Source of the DNA: Actinomycetota bacterium
GTDB taxonomy: Bacteria > Actinomycetota > Acidimicrobiia > IMCC26256 > PALSA-610
Reading direction: 5' to 3'
DNA length: 64,000 nucleotides
NCBI GenBank assembly: GCA_005773635.1
Contig: SXHN01000079.1
Location: 36,568-100,567, forward strand
Part shown: positions 38,201 to 47,404 of the stretch, piece after piece
Numbering within the stretch: the first letter of the stretch is position 1
Layout: each line of letters starts with the position of its first letter
Translations under genes and position numbers: made by a program
Notes under the pieces: generated by a model
What the model was told of the DNA's origin: nothing
The model's input: only the letters and a program-made list of their open reading frames with translations
The model's database searches: none

Positions 38201-39702
38201 GTTCCTACCTCCTGGGTAACGATTTCACTGCCGACTGCGCCGCTGGCCCAACCAGATATCAACGCAGAGAACATACCGGCTTCGCCACCGGCATGGACGA
38301 TCAACAATCCGCCGTTGCGAAACTTGGGCAGCGTGGCCGTTGCGAAACTCTCGGGTAAGCCTTCCGCCATTCCGTTGGCACCACGAACGAGTTCGGCCCC
38401 CGGAATTTGCAGTAGTGCCATGAGTTCGTCATGTAGCCGTTGTTTCGACCAACCCGCGTCGTGAAATACACGTGCGTGCTCAGGCGTGATGACGAGCGCA
38501 CAGTCCCATGCGAAGACTTGCTTCGGGTGCCCAACAGTGCGCATGCCAGCGGCGAACGAGCGTGCCAAAGACTCAGGCTCACGGCTCAATTGATCAACGA
38601 TGGGTTGTACGCCTGCGGCCGCAAACAACGTAACTGCATTTTGATTTGCTCGCATGCCCGCTCGCGACACGTGCAGCGGTTCCCAAGGCGAGTCGTGTTC
38701 TCGTTCGGCGAAACAGAACGTGTATTTGCCAGGGTTGCCGAGCGCGGCGCGATCAATTTCGCCAGGACGTCCGCCGCCGACGTTGCGAATAACCAGTTGC
38801 AAAGCCCTCCCGATGGATGCGTTTGCTCGGTTTCCTTGGCCGAGTGCGTTGACGCCGCTATTCATTCCGATCGATCTTGTGATCGGCCCATTGACGATGA
38901 CGAGCGGTCCCGAAAAATATGTTGTGCATAAGAGGCCGTGCGCGTTGAAGTCTTCGGTGCAGGCCGCCTCGACGGCTGCAAGCACAATCGGCAAGTACTC
39001 AGGTTTGCAGCCAGCCATAACGGCGTTGACTGCGACTTTCTCGACCGTGCAGTCGACGAGGTCGGGTGGGACGATTGCAACAATTTCTTGCGGGTCGCGG
39101 GTTGTGCCACCGAGCATGCGTGCGACGCGGGCTGGTGTTGGCGGTACGACTGGGAGGCCGTCGGTGAATCCCCGGTCAAACAGCGCTTCCATTTCGTCTT
39201 CTTCGTCGCCGATCGCGAGAGCGCGGCTTCGCAGCAAAGGAATTCGTTCTGCGATGGCTCGTTGTTCGACAAACGCGGGATCGTTGGTGAGCGACCCGCA
39301 GCCTGGACGGAAATCTGGCAGCGCGACTCCCAGGTTGGCGGCCCCGGTGAATCTTTGCCAGTTGTCACGTGACCACCCAACCGTCGTGTCGACGATGGCG
39401 CCCGCCTCGATTTTGAGCAGCGTCGGTACAGTGTCGATGTCGAGTTCTAAGGAGATTTCTAAGTCGCTGTCGAGGACTACTGCAAAGCCATCGACGGAAC
39501 TCTCGGGAAACGCAGGATCATCTTGGGTTACAACAGTCGCGAGGCCGTGAGCGTGCAGTTCTTGCAGCACAGGTGCGATGAGTATGCAGGTTGGGCAATC
39601 CGCCTTCACTACGGCCACGAGCCCATCGGCTTGCTTCGCAAGCCATGATTCGTTTCGTGGTTGCCAATCTGCAGCGGTCATCGGCGTGCAGCTTGGCGGC
39701 AT
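38197..39702 (-). CDS. Thioredoxin-fold (CPTC) N-terminal domain fused to a ~370-aa domain of unknown function
   Basis: LVAVVKADCPTCILIAPVLQEL is a thioredoxin-like CxxC motif. The C-terminal domain is not recognised. Its stop overlaps the start of the UGSC-type gene (ATGA at 38197-38200). Confidence 0.6.
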   Translation of the reverse strand: MPPSCTPMTAADWQPRNESWLAKQADGLVAVVKADCPTCILIAPVLQELHAHGLATVVTQDDPAFPESSVDGFAVVLDSDLEISLELDIDTVPTLLKIEAGAIVDTTVGWSRDNWQRFTGAANLGVALPDFRPGCGSLTNDPAFVEQRAIAERIPLLRSRALAIGDEEDEMEALFDRGFTDGLPVVPPTPARVARMLGGTTRDPQEIVAIVPPDLVDCTVEKVAVNAVMAGCKPEYLPIVLAAVEAACTEDFNAHGLLCTTYFSGPLVIVNGPITRSIGMNSGVNALGQGNRANASIGRALQLVIRNVGGGRPGEIDRAALGNPGKYTFCFAEREHDSPWEPLHVSRAGMRANQNAVTLFAAAGVQPIVDQLSREPESLARSFAAGMRTVGHPKQVFAWDCALVITPEHARVFHDAGWSKQRLHDELMALLQIPGAELVRGANGMAEGLPESFATATLPKFRNGGLLIVHAGGEAGMFSALISGWASGAVGSEIVTQEVGT

Positions 39703-39719
39703 GTGTGCCGGTTCGTCAA

Positions 39720-40847
39720 CTACAGCAATTCTTCGAGTATGAAGTCGATTGCTTCCGTAAGGATTTTGATGTCGTTCGGCTCGATCGCGGGAAACATTGC
39801 CACCCGGAGTTGGTTGCGCCCGAGTTTGCGGTAGGAATCCACATCAAGGATCCCATTGCGACGCAAGACTCTCGCAACCGCAAGCGCGTCGACGCTGTCG
39901 TCGAAATCGATTGTGGCTGTCACGTGACTACGCGCGGATTGCGCGACGAACGGATGCGCAAGCTTGTGCTCGTCAGCCCAGCGGTAGATTATTGCCGCCG
40001 ACTCATCGCATCGCCGAGCGCACCATTCCAAGCCACCATTGGCGTTCATCCATTCCGCTTGGTGCGCGAGCATAAACACAGTTGCGAGGGCAGGCGTGTT
40101 GTAGGTCTGGTTGAGTCGGGATTGCTCAAGTGCGGTCGCGAGGTCGAGCGACGCCGGAATCCAGCGCTTGGTTGCGTGGATTCGTTCGATGCGCTCGACT
40201 GCGGCGGGCGAAACCAGTGCAAGCCACAGTCCGCCATCGCCAGCGAAGCACTTTTGTGGAGCGAAGTAATAGACATCGAATTGCGATGGATCCACGCGTA
40301 GCCCGCCCGCGCCCGAGGTGGCGTCCACCATGACTAATCCGTTCGCGCCGCTCGGACGAACGACGTTGCACATCACGCCGGTTGAGGTCTCGTTGTGTGG
40401 GAAGCAGTAGGAGTCGATCGAAGGGTCCGCCGAATTGGGTCGCGGTACTTCGCCCGGCGCAGTTTCGATCACATCGGGATCTTCGAGGTGCGGCGCCGAC
40501 TTCATCACGCCAGCGCACTTCGATGAGAACTCGCCGATCACGACATGCTGCGATTTCCGTTCGACGAGCCCGAAGCTTGCAGCGTCCCAAAAGGCCGTTG
40601 AACCGCCATTGCCAAGGAGCACCTCGTAGCCATCGGGGAGTGAGAACATTTCGGCGAGACCATCCCGGGCGCGCCGGACGACGTCGCGCACTGTGGCTTG
40701 GCGATGGCTGGTGCCGAGGTAGTCGGTGGCGCGAACTGCGAGCGCACTGACGGCTTCTGGCCGCACCTTTGAAGGCCCGGAGCCAAATCGGCCGTCGCTA
40801 GGGTGCAGATGGGCTGGAAGCACGATGGAATCGGCGTTGGTGGTCAC
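39720..40847 (-). CDS. serC: Phosphoserine aminotransferase (actinobacterial type)
   Basis: SerC family: FGSGPSKV, the PLP-lysine region FAPQKCFAGDGGLW; about 375 aa. Confidence 0.9.
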   Translation of the reverse strand: MTTNADSIVLPAHLHPSDGRFGSGPSKVRPEAVSALAVRATDYLGTSHRQATVRDVVRRARDGLAEMFSLPDGYEVLLGNGGSTAFWDAASFGLVERKSQHVVIGEFSSKCAGVMKSAPHLEDPDVIETAPGEVPRPNSADPSIDSYCFPHNETSTGVMCNVVRPSGANGLVMVDATSGAGGLRVDPSQFDVYYFAPQKCFAGDGGLWLALVSPAAVERIERIHATKRWIPASLDLATALEQSRLNQTYNTPALATVFMLAHQAEWMNANGGLEWCARRCDESAAIIYRWADEHKLAHPFVAQSARSHVTATIDFDDSVDALAVARVLRRNGILDVDSYRKLGRNQLRVAMFPAIEPNDIKILTEAIDFILEELL

Positions 40848-40856
40848 ACAACAACG

Positions 40857-41570
40857 CTATGAGCTATGAGCAATTTCTCCCGAACCGATTTTCTCCGGAT
40901 CCGTCGGAGCGGATTGTGGCGGGTCGGAATCTCTACGGTGGGACGCGGTGGTCATCTCAGCATGCCAGCGAGGGTGTTCGTGCTGAGCCCATTTCGCATC
41001 CACGGTGCCGCGCAGGATCGCCCGCATCGGTTCAGGTCTTGTGATTGCCATGAGGATGTGACCGAGGATGACCGCCAGCAGAAAAATCGCGAACCAACTA
41101 TGGGTGAAGTCGGCGCCTCGGCGCATCCACAATGGAAACACATTGGCCCATCGCATCGCCGTGCCGGTTACTGGAAACACAATGATGCACGCACCGATAT
41201 AGATCGCATTGAGCTTTTGACCAGGATTGAATTTGCCGAGTTTCGCCGACGGTCGTGTCCGTTTCCGCCACCAGCGCGAGTCATCGACGGTCCAACGCGC
41301 GAAACGTTTGCAATCTTTTCGGAACTGCGCCCCGGCCCGGGTGAGTATTGCGAACAGCACTGGAAAGGGGAGCGCGTAACCGACCCACAAGTGCAGATCT
41401 TTGACGGTGCCGCGATATCCGATCCAACGAAATCCGGGTGCGCCGTAGAGGCTGAATCCCGTGATCGTGAGAAAGATGAACAACACGGCATTGCTCCAGT
41501 GCACTGCCCGCTCTACACCTCCGAAACGCAGGACTCTTTGCGAAGTTTCTTGCGAACTAGATCGGGTCAT
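40857..41570 (-). CDS. Cytochrome b / b561-type heme membrane subunit (MsrQ/YedZ-like)
   Basis: Four TM helices with conserved His pairs (VHWSNAVLF..., HSWFAIFLLAVILGHILM). The start is set at MTRSSS, 14 nt into the upstream gene's end. Confidence 0.6.
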   Translation of the reverse strand: MTRSSSQETSQRVLRFGGVERAVHWSNAVLFIFLTITGFSLYGAPGFRWIGYRGTVKDLHLWVGYALPFPVLFAILTRAGAQFRKDCKRFARWTVDDSRWWRKRTRPSAKLGKFNPGQKLNAIYIGACIIVFPVTGTAMRWANVFPLWMRRGADFTHSWFAIFLLAVILGHILMAITRPEPMRAILRGTVDAKWAQHEHPRWHAEMTTASHRRDSDPPQSAPTDPEKIGSGEIAHSS

Positions 41571-42345
41571 CACTGAGGCCGTTGCTCCCGCCAACCCAAG
41601 CGTCGATGTCGTACCCGCGTTCTTCCCAATACCCAGGAATGACTTTGTCGACCACCTCGATGGTTTCGAGCCACTTAATTGACTTGTACCCATACATCGG
41701 CGCGGCGTAGAGCCGCACGGGGCCTCCGTGAGCGGTTGTGATGTCGCGCCCTAGGAGTTGGTAGGCCACCAGCATGTCTGGGCGATACGCCTGTTCGAGC
41801 GTGAGGCTTTCTGTGTATTCGCCATCGAAACTTGTGAAACGCAACGCGGTTGCTGAACTTTGAACGCCTACTTCATCCAACAGGTCGCGTAATAGCACGC
41901 CTACCCACGGCACGTCGTCCACTCGCCACCCTGTAACGCATTGGAAGTCTTTCGTCATGCTCGTCGCTTTGCGCTGCAGAAGATCGTTGTAGCTCAACGT
42001 GAGCGGGCGATCGACGAGCCCACTGATCTTGAGCTGATAGTCGGCCTTGCTGCGTTTGGGATATCCACCAGTGACCGTGAATATTGTCCACCGGTCGTCG
42101 TTGATTGGCAAGAGTTTGGCGATTCCCGTTGGGTCCTTAATTGCAACTTTGCCGATGGTTGCTTTGACTGCGGTTGCTTGCCGGTTGCCGAGGACCACGC
42201 CGAGAGAACCCAGCGCCGCGATTCCCAAAAACGCGCGGCGACCATAGGGTTTTGCGTTTTGATTGAATTCGGGTTCGAGGGCCTCGATTGCGTCTTGGTT
42301 CATCGTTGCACCTTCTACGAAACCGCTAGTGCTTGCGGATGCCAA
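41557..42345 (-). CDS. Molybdopterin-dependent oxidoreductase, sulfite-oxidase family (MsrP/YedY-like), Tat-exported
   Basis: Twin-arginine signal RRAFLGIAALGSL; the Mo-cofactor Cys region DFQCVTGWRV; SO-family fold. Confidence 0.8.
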   Translation of the reverse strand: MASASTSGFVEGATMNQDAIEALEPEFNQNAKPYGRRAFLGIAALGSLGVVLGNRQATAVKATIGKVAIKDPTGIAKLLPINDDRWTIFTVTGGYPKRSKADYQLKISGLVDRPLTLSYNDLLQRKATSMTKDFQCVTGWRVDDVPWVGVLLRDLLDEVGVQSSATALRFTSFDGEYTESLTLEQAYRPDMLVAYQLLGRDITTAHGGPVRLYAAPMYGYKSIKWLETIEVVDKVIPGYWEERGYDIDAWVGGSNGLSDDPI

Positions 42346-42388
42346 ATTCGTTACGAAACACTGAAGTCCAGCGGGCGGATATCAGCAG

Positions 42389-43786
42389 TTACACCGCTCC
42401 GATTGCCACAATCTCGGCGAACCCGGCCGCTATATCCGCAACAAGCTGGCTGACATCGGGGACTGCTGCGGTGTCGGTCACGATACCGATACAGCATGTG
42501 TCGATATGCGACATGAGCGTGACGTTGACTGCTGCGCCAGAAGGGGGGCCGAACGCGAAAAAGCGTTCAACCCGGGCTCCGCCGAGAAATACCGGCACCG
42601 GTGCGCCTGGCACATTTGACGTGACGAAGTCCACGCACTTCAGCATGCCGCCGAATAGCGCAGTGGTGGTGGAAGTGGGGAGTCGGTTTAAGACGCCAGC
42701 GAGCGTGCCGGTGAGCCCGAGGGCGGGTTCTTGGCGCCATTCCTTCACTAGGGCTCCGACGGCCTTCATTCGGTCGACTGGGTCTGCGATATTGGTGGGG
42801 ACTCCAAAGCGTGCCGGAGCGAAATGGTTGCCCGCGGCTTCTGCGCCCTCGGTTCGGATATTGATGGGCATCGTCATGCGCAACTGATCGACCGGGCTGT
42901 CGTGGCGGTCGTGATAGCGCATCAACCCGCCGATGACCGCGGCAACGAATGCATCGTTGAGGCTGCCTTGGCCAGCTTTGGCAGCTCGTTTTAACTCGTC
43001 GAGGGTCAATTCGAGCGTATCGAGACGACGCCCCATGCCCCGTGCAACCATGACGGGCGACATCGGTGCACTTGCGGGCGCTACGGCACGCCCGATTGAA
43101 CGCGCCGCATCTACGGCGCGAACGGTCGAGCCGAACGGATCGCGGACTGCGCTGGTTGCAGTTTCGATAGCGACCGACGGCACCCGGCTGCTAATCCCCA
43201 TGACTCTGCGGGCCGTGTGGGCCATCGATTCGCGTACAAGATCGGTGCCGCCGAGCGGTTCGGGTGCTGGGGCGGCCGGAGCATTCGCAGGCAACGCAGC
43301 GTCTGCGGTGAGGTCGACGAGCTGCGCGAGCAACTCCACTCCACCGACGCCGTCGGTGACCGAGTGATGCACTTTCATTACCAGCGCGGCCGTACCGTCT
43401 TGGAGGCCTTCGATGACCGTTGCTTCCCACGGTGGTCGGGCTCGGTCGAAGCTTGCTTGAGCAATTGGGGCAATAAAATCAAGGAGTTCTCGGTGGGTGG
43501 CACCGGGCGGTAGATGAACGCGGCGCAGGTGATAGTTCAAGTCGAAGTCCGATTCGACGGCCCACCGCGGTGGGCCGAGCCGCAATGGTGGCGACAACAC
43601 CCGCTGACGCAAGCGAGGAATTGTGCGGGTCGCGATTTCGAAGCGTTTCTGAAGGCGCTTCCAGTCAGGCGCCGCATCAAGGATCCCGACCGCCACAATC
43701 GTGGAACGCAGAATTGGATCCTTTTCGATGTTCCACATGAGCGCGTCCGCGTCGCTCATGTGATCGGAGAAATCTTTCGCGCTCAT
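42389..43786 (-). CDS. Wax-ester synthase / diacylglycerol O-acyltransferase (WS/DGAT)
   Basis: Catalytic HHxxxDG motif (HHSVTDGVGG) and two-domain WS/DGAT architecture. Confidence 0.85.
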   Translation of the reverse strand: MSAKDFSDHMSDADALMWNIEKDPILRSTIVAVGILDAAPDWKRLQKRFEIATRTIPRLRQRVLSPPLRLGPPRWAVESDFDLNYHLRRVHLPPGATHRELLDFIAPIAQASFDRARPPWEATVIEGLQDGTAALVMKVHHSVTDGVGGVELLAQLVDLTADAALPANAPAAPAPEPLGGTDLVRESMAHTARRVMGISSRVPSVAIETATSAVRDPFGSTVRAVDAARSIGRAVAPASAPMSPVMVARGMGRRLDTLELTLDELKRAAKAGQGSLNDAFVAAVIGGLMRYHDRHDSPVDQLRMTMPINIRTEGAEAAGNHFAPARFGVPTNIADPVDRMKAVGALVKEWRQEPALGLTGTLAGVLNRLPTSTTTALFGGMLKCVDFVTSNVPGAPVPVFLGGARVERFFAFGPPSGAAVNVTLMSHIDTCCIGIVTDTAAVPDVSQLVADIAAGFAEIVAIGAV

Positions 43787-43876
43787 CCGTGGACGTTACC
43801 CGTGAGCCGTCTAGCTCACAACCGTGGACACGGTTGCCACGGGCCTTCGTGCTCTGGCTGCCTCTAGGCTCGGACC

Positions 43877-44761
43877 ATGCGCGAGAGGTATGTAGCTGCC
43901 AACGGGATTCGATTGTTTTGCTACGAAGCCGGCGATCCCAATGACCCATTGGTCCTACTGCTCCACGGATTTCCCGAAATCGCCTACGCATGGCGGTTTC
44001 AAGTAGATGCGATCGCGGCCGAGGGCTATCACGTTGTAGCGCCGGACATGCCTGGGTACGGTCGCAGTGACAAGCCCGATGTTGTGTATGACATTGAATT
44101 TCTGAATGGAACCATGGCGTCGCTGGTGGGATCGCTCGGTCATGCGCAATGCGTGATCGCGGGCCACGATTGGGGCGGGATTCTCGTCTGGCAGTTCGCG
44201 CGGCAGTTCCCAGAATTGACCGCTGGTGTCATCGGTTTGAACACTCCCGACCTTGTGCGTACTCCGATTGCCCCGGTTGCAATGCTACGGGCGATCTTCG
44301 TTGACACCCCGATCTACATCATTCAGTTCCAAGAACGAGGCCTCGCCGAGTGGGTGCTGAGTTGGGGTCGAGGCGCTGACGATTTCATTGAAATGATCTA
44401 TCTCAACCAAACCACCAAGAACCTCGCGGTGTTTCCGCCGGAAGTGCTCGAGGTCTACAAGCAAGCATTCCGTCCGATTGGCGCACTGACCCCACCGATT
44501 GAGTACTACCGCAATATGGACCGTAACTGGGAGCTTTCAGCCGCGTGGTGCGACCGTACGATTGCAGTGCCGTGCCTGATGATTTCGGCCGCTGACGATC
44601 CGGTGCTGCCGCCCTCGCTGGCCATTGGAATGGAGGACCGGATAGCCCAGCTCACGAAGGTGGTAATCGAAAACTGTGGCCATTGGACTCAGCAGGAACA
44701 ACCTGAGGCTACGAATGCAGCAATAATGCCATACCTCGCATCGCTGCCGCGATGGCCCTAA
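43877..44761 (+). CDS. Alpha/beta-fold hydrolase (epoxide-hydrolase-like)
   Basis: HGFPE oxyanion motif, the GHDWGG nucleophile elbow, and the C-terminal His (NCGHW). Confidence 0.85.
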   Translation: MRERYVAANGIRLFCYEAGDPNDPLVLLLHGFPEIAYAWRFQVDAIAAEGYHVVAPDMPGYGRSDKPDVVYDIEFLNGTMASLVGSLGHAQCVIAGHDWGGILVWQFARQFPELTAGVIGLNTPDLVRTPIAPVAMLRAIFVDTPIYIIQFQERGLAEWVLSWGRGADDFIEMIYLNQTTKNLAVFPPEVLEVYKQAFRPIGALTPPIEYYRNMDRNWELSAAWCDRTIAVPCLMISAADDPVLPPSLAIGMEDRIAQLTKVVIENCGHWTQQEQPEATNAAIMPYLASLPRWP

Positions 44762-44794
44762 GCGATGGGCGCGACGCCGCCGCGCGGAATTCGG

Positions 44795-45289
44795 CTACGG
44801 AAGTGAAGGAAGCAATGCGCTGACTTCGTCGAGGATCCGAAACGTCGTTGTGTGCAGACAGTGCACGCGCACTCCGGCAGTTGTGTGGTCGGCCGCGAGT
44901 CGCAGGACTGCGTCAGAGTCGTTGACCAACACGATTGCACCGCCGCCGGTGTTGTTGATTTCGCTTGTGCCGTACTTCAAAAGGGATGCGAGTTGTGTCG
45001 CCGCGTTGTTGGTGCAGTCGACGATTGCGTGCAAGCCGCCTTCGAATTCGGCGGTGGCTTCGATGAGCGCCGCGACTTCGCCTTCGTCGCTGATGTCGAC
45101 GGTTTCCGCGCTGACTTCGCGGCCCGATGCGCGGAGGTTGTCCGCGACTTGTTGCGCTAAGCGTTCGTTGCTGTCGGAGTCGGCAACGATCACCTTCCAG
45201 CGGTCTCGCGCCATGCGTTCCACTAGGGCCTCACCGACCCCGGAGGCTCCTCCGACAACAATGGCAACGCGTTCCGATGTGTAAGCCAC
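44795..45289 (-). pseudogene. Short-chain dehydrogenase/reductase N-terminal fragment (probably truncated)
   Basis: Rossmann motif VGGASGVGEA but only 164 aa, and it lacks the YxxxK catalytic segment expected in the C-terminal half. Confidence 0.4.
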
Positions 45290-45384
45290 GAAAAGCTCCG
45301 TTCCGAGTGACGTGTCGACCGTACGAAATTACCCCTGACGGTGTCAAGCGCCTGTGACTGAATCTGCGCTCGGTTCCTGTGAAC

Positions 45385-45909
45385 TCAGCGCCGCCAGGCG
45401 TCGGGATCGAAATTGTCGTCGTCTACGGGCGCCGGTGTTCGTTCCAGATCGGCGGCTGACAAGAAAAACTCCTTGTTGCGCAACACCAGCATCGCCGGGC
45501 GACCCTCGAGTGGTGGTCGCAAACCGCCGCGCGCGTTATCGACGCGGACTCGAATGGTGCGTTTGCCCTTTGCGGTCGGCATCGCGACTTTGCCGTCGCT
45601 GCTCCACTTGAATGCACCTGCAGGCAGTGTGAGCGACTGAAAACTGGAAAATTTTGGCTGTTTGCCCGCTCGTCGCGTGAGCGACGCCGCGACCCGTTCC
45701 ACGATTGGTGTGATGAACGGATCTGGAAGTTTCTGTGTGTCGACTACTTCTTTGACGACCTCGCGGAGTTCTTTTCCCGCAAATGCGCTGCGCTGTAACG
45801 CCGTAGCTCGGGCCGCGTTGCTCGCCCGATTCACTCGTTCCAGCGTGGCAGTGAGGAGTTGTTCTGTTTCTGGATCCGCAAGGATCTGCACTTCATCGAT
45901 TTCGGCCAT
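45385..45909 (-). CDS. Hypothetical protein, possibly a truncated remnant; weak resemblance to the N-terminal region of TnpB/OrfB-type proteins
   Basis: 174-aa ORF with basic stretches (PTAKGKRTIRVRVDNARGG). No full-length domain. It is adjacent to another truncated gene. Confidence 0.3.
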   Translation of the reverse strand: MAEIDEVQILADPETEQLLTATLERVNRASNAARATALQRSAFAGKELREVVKEVVDTQKLPDPFITPIVERVAASLTRRAGKQPKFSSFQSLTLPAGAFKWSSDGKVAMPTAKGKRTIRVRVDNARGGLRPPLEGRPAMLVLRNKEFFLSAADLERTPAPVDDDNFDPDAWRR

Positions 45910-45991
45910 AGTGATCGCTGATCGTAGGAGGCCAGAGATGTCGGCCCAAGGCGATATCGGCTAGCTCAAATTCGAGTTTGATGGGTACGGT

Positions 45992-46081
45992 CTAGGACCG
46001 CTTGCCTGCATTCGGCTTCTTGCCGTGGTTGGCCTTCTTACGCTTGGCGTTGAGTTTTCGCATTTTCGTCTTTTGGCTCAC
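45992..46081 (-). CDS. Ribosomal protein bL37 (tiny, 23-29 aa; the actinobacterial ribosomal protein family)
   Basis: Minus-strand translation (V)SQKTKMRKLNAKRKKANHGKKPNAGKRS*. The KANHGK(R/K)PN core matches my recollection of mycobacterial bL37. A GAGAGG SD lies 7 nt upstream of the GTG at 46081; the alternative ATG is at 46063. The gene is below the ORF-track length cut-off. Confidence 0.55.
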   Translation of the reverse strand: MSQKTKMRKLNAKRKKANHGKKPNAGKRS

Positions 46082-46181
46082 GGCATTACCTCTCTGTGGA
46101 ACTGATCTCCCTGAGCGTACTGGCTGGGCTCGGTGTTGCTCCTAACCGCACTGGGTGGGGAGGGTCAGTACCCTGGCGGAT

Positions 46182-46541
46182 ATGAGTGCCGTGGCGACGT
46201 CGCCAGGATGGCTAGTACGAGGCAGTGACGTGGTGATGGCGGCTGAGATCGCCGATACCCGCCGTGCTCGGCGGCGAGGTTTGATCGGCAGGGACCGACT
46301 CGTTGGTGCCTTTGTACTCCTCAAATGTCGCCACGTACATACCTTCGCCCTCAGGATCCCGATCGATGTAGCCATGTGCGACCGCGATGGCGTCGTGCTT
46401 GGGACGGCATCGATCGAGCCGCGGAAGTTCGGGCCGATTATTCGCCATTGTGCGTTGGTGGTGGAAATGCCCCTCGGTTCCATCGACCGACACCGAATCG
46501 CACGCGGCGATCGCCTCGAGATTCGACGCTGCGCGAAATGA
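46182..46541 (+). CDS. DUF192-family protein
   Basis: DUF192 signature region (AAEIADTRRARRRGLIGRDRL...LLKCRHVHTFALRIPIDVAMCDRDGVV). Confidence 0.6.
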   Translation: MSAVATSPGWLVRGSDVVMAAEIADTRRARRRGLIGRDRLVGAFVLLKCRHVHTFALRIPIDVAMCDRDGVVLGTASIEPRKFGPIIRHCALVVEMPLGSIDRHRIARGDRLEIRRCAK

Positions 46542-47404
46542 CCGGTCGCGTTGTGTTGGTTGCAACCCCGATCGGCAATCTCACGGATATCACGCTGCGG
46601 GCGTTGGAGGCCTTGCGTCTTGCTGATCGGATTTACGCCGAGGACACTCGTCATTCCCAGGGACTATTTAACGCTCACGGCATTGCCACCGCGGGCCGAC
46701 TTCGTTCCTTGCATGCACACAACGAACGCGAACGCTGCGCGGAAATTGTGCGCCTTGCCGCGGGTGGGGCCCTAATCGCGTACGTGAGTGATGCGGGCAC
46801 GCCAGGGATCAGTGACCCTGGTGCGGAGTTGGTGAGGGCATGTATCTCCGCGGACGTTCCCGTCGAAATGTTGCCTGGCGCGAATGCAGTGCTACCGGCT
46901 TTGGTGCTGTCGGGCTTGCCAACTGATGCGTTCACGTTTCATGGGTTCTTGGAACGAAAAGGTCCCGCGCGCTCGGGGCAACTCGAAATGATTCGAGTGT
47001 CGCTCGTCACTTCGGTGTTGTATGAGTCTCCTCGCCGCATCGCCGCCACACTCCAAGAACTTGGCGAGGCATGTGGCCTACATCGGCCGGCCGCAGTGGT
47101 TCGGGAACTCACCAAGATGTTCGAACAAGTGCGGCGCGCAACGATTGGCGAATTGCTTGCGTCGATCGGCGACCAAGAGATCCCTCAGCGCGGTGAATGC
47201 GTCCTAGTGGTGGGGCCGACGACAGCTTCCGCACAATCCTCGCCCGACGCGGGACGTATCGCCTTGGACATTGATGATCTACTGGCCAGCGGCATGCGGA
47301 CCCGCGACATCGCGGACTCGCTCAGCGCGCAATATGCGATACCCAAAAGGGACGTATACGAAATGGCAGTACTTCGCAGCAAACTCAGGCCGAAGCGACG
47401 CTGA
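46538..47404 (+). CDS. rsmI: 16S rRNA (cytidine1402-2'-O)-methyltransferase
   Basis: Tetrapyrrole-methylase fold with the RsmI N-terminus LVATPIGNLTDITLRALEAL. The start is at the internal MTGR (ATGA overlap with the DUF192 stop); the ORF-track upstream extension is spurious. Confidence 0.85.
   Translation: MTGRVVLVATPIGNLTDITLRALEALRLADRIYAEDTRHSQGLFNAHGIATAGRLRSLHAHNERERCAEIVRLAAGGALIAYVSDAGTPGISDPGAELVRACISADVPVEMLPGANAVLPALVLSGLPTDAFTFHGFLERKGPARSGQLEMIRVSLVTSVLYESPRRIAATLQELGEACGLHRPAAVVRELTKMFEQVRRATIGELLASIGDQEIPQRGECVLVVGPTTASAQSSPDAGRIALDIDDLLASGMRTRDIADSLSAQYAIPKRDVYEMAVLRSKLRPKRR

Noticed and set aside
38654-39550. 298-aa plus-strand ORF
   Set aside because: Antisense to the thioredoxin-fusion gene; Ser/Ala/Pro/Thr-rich low complexity.
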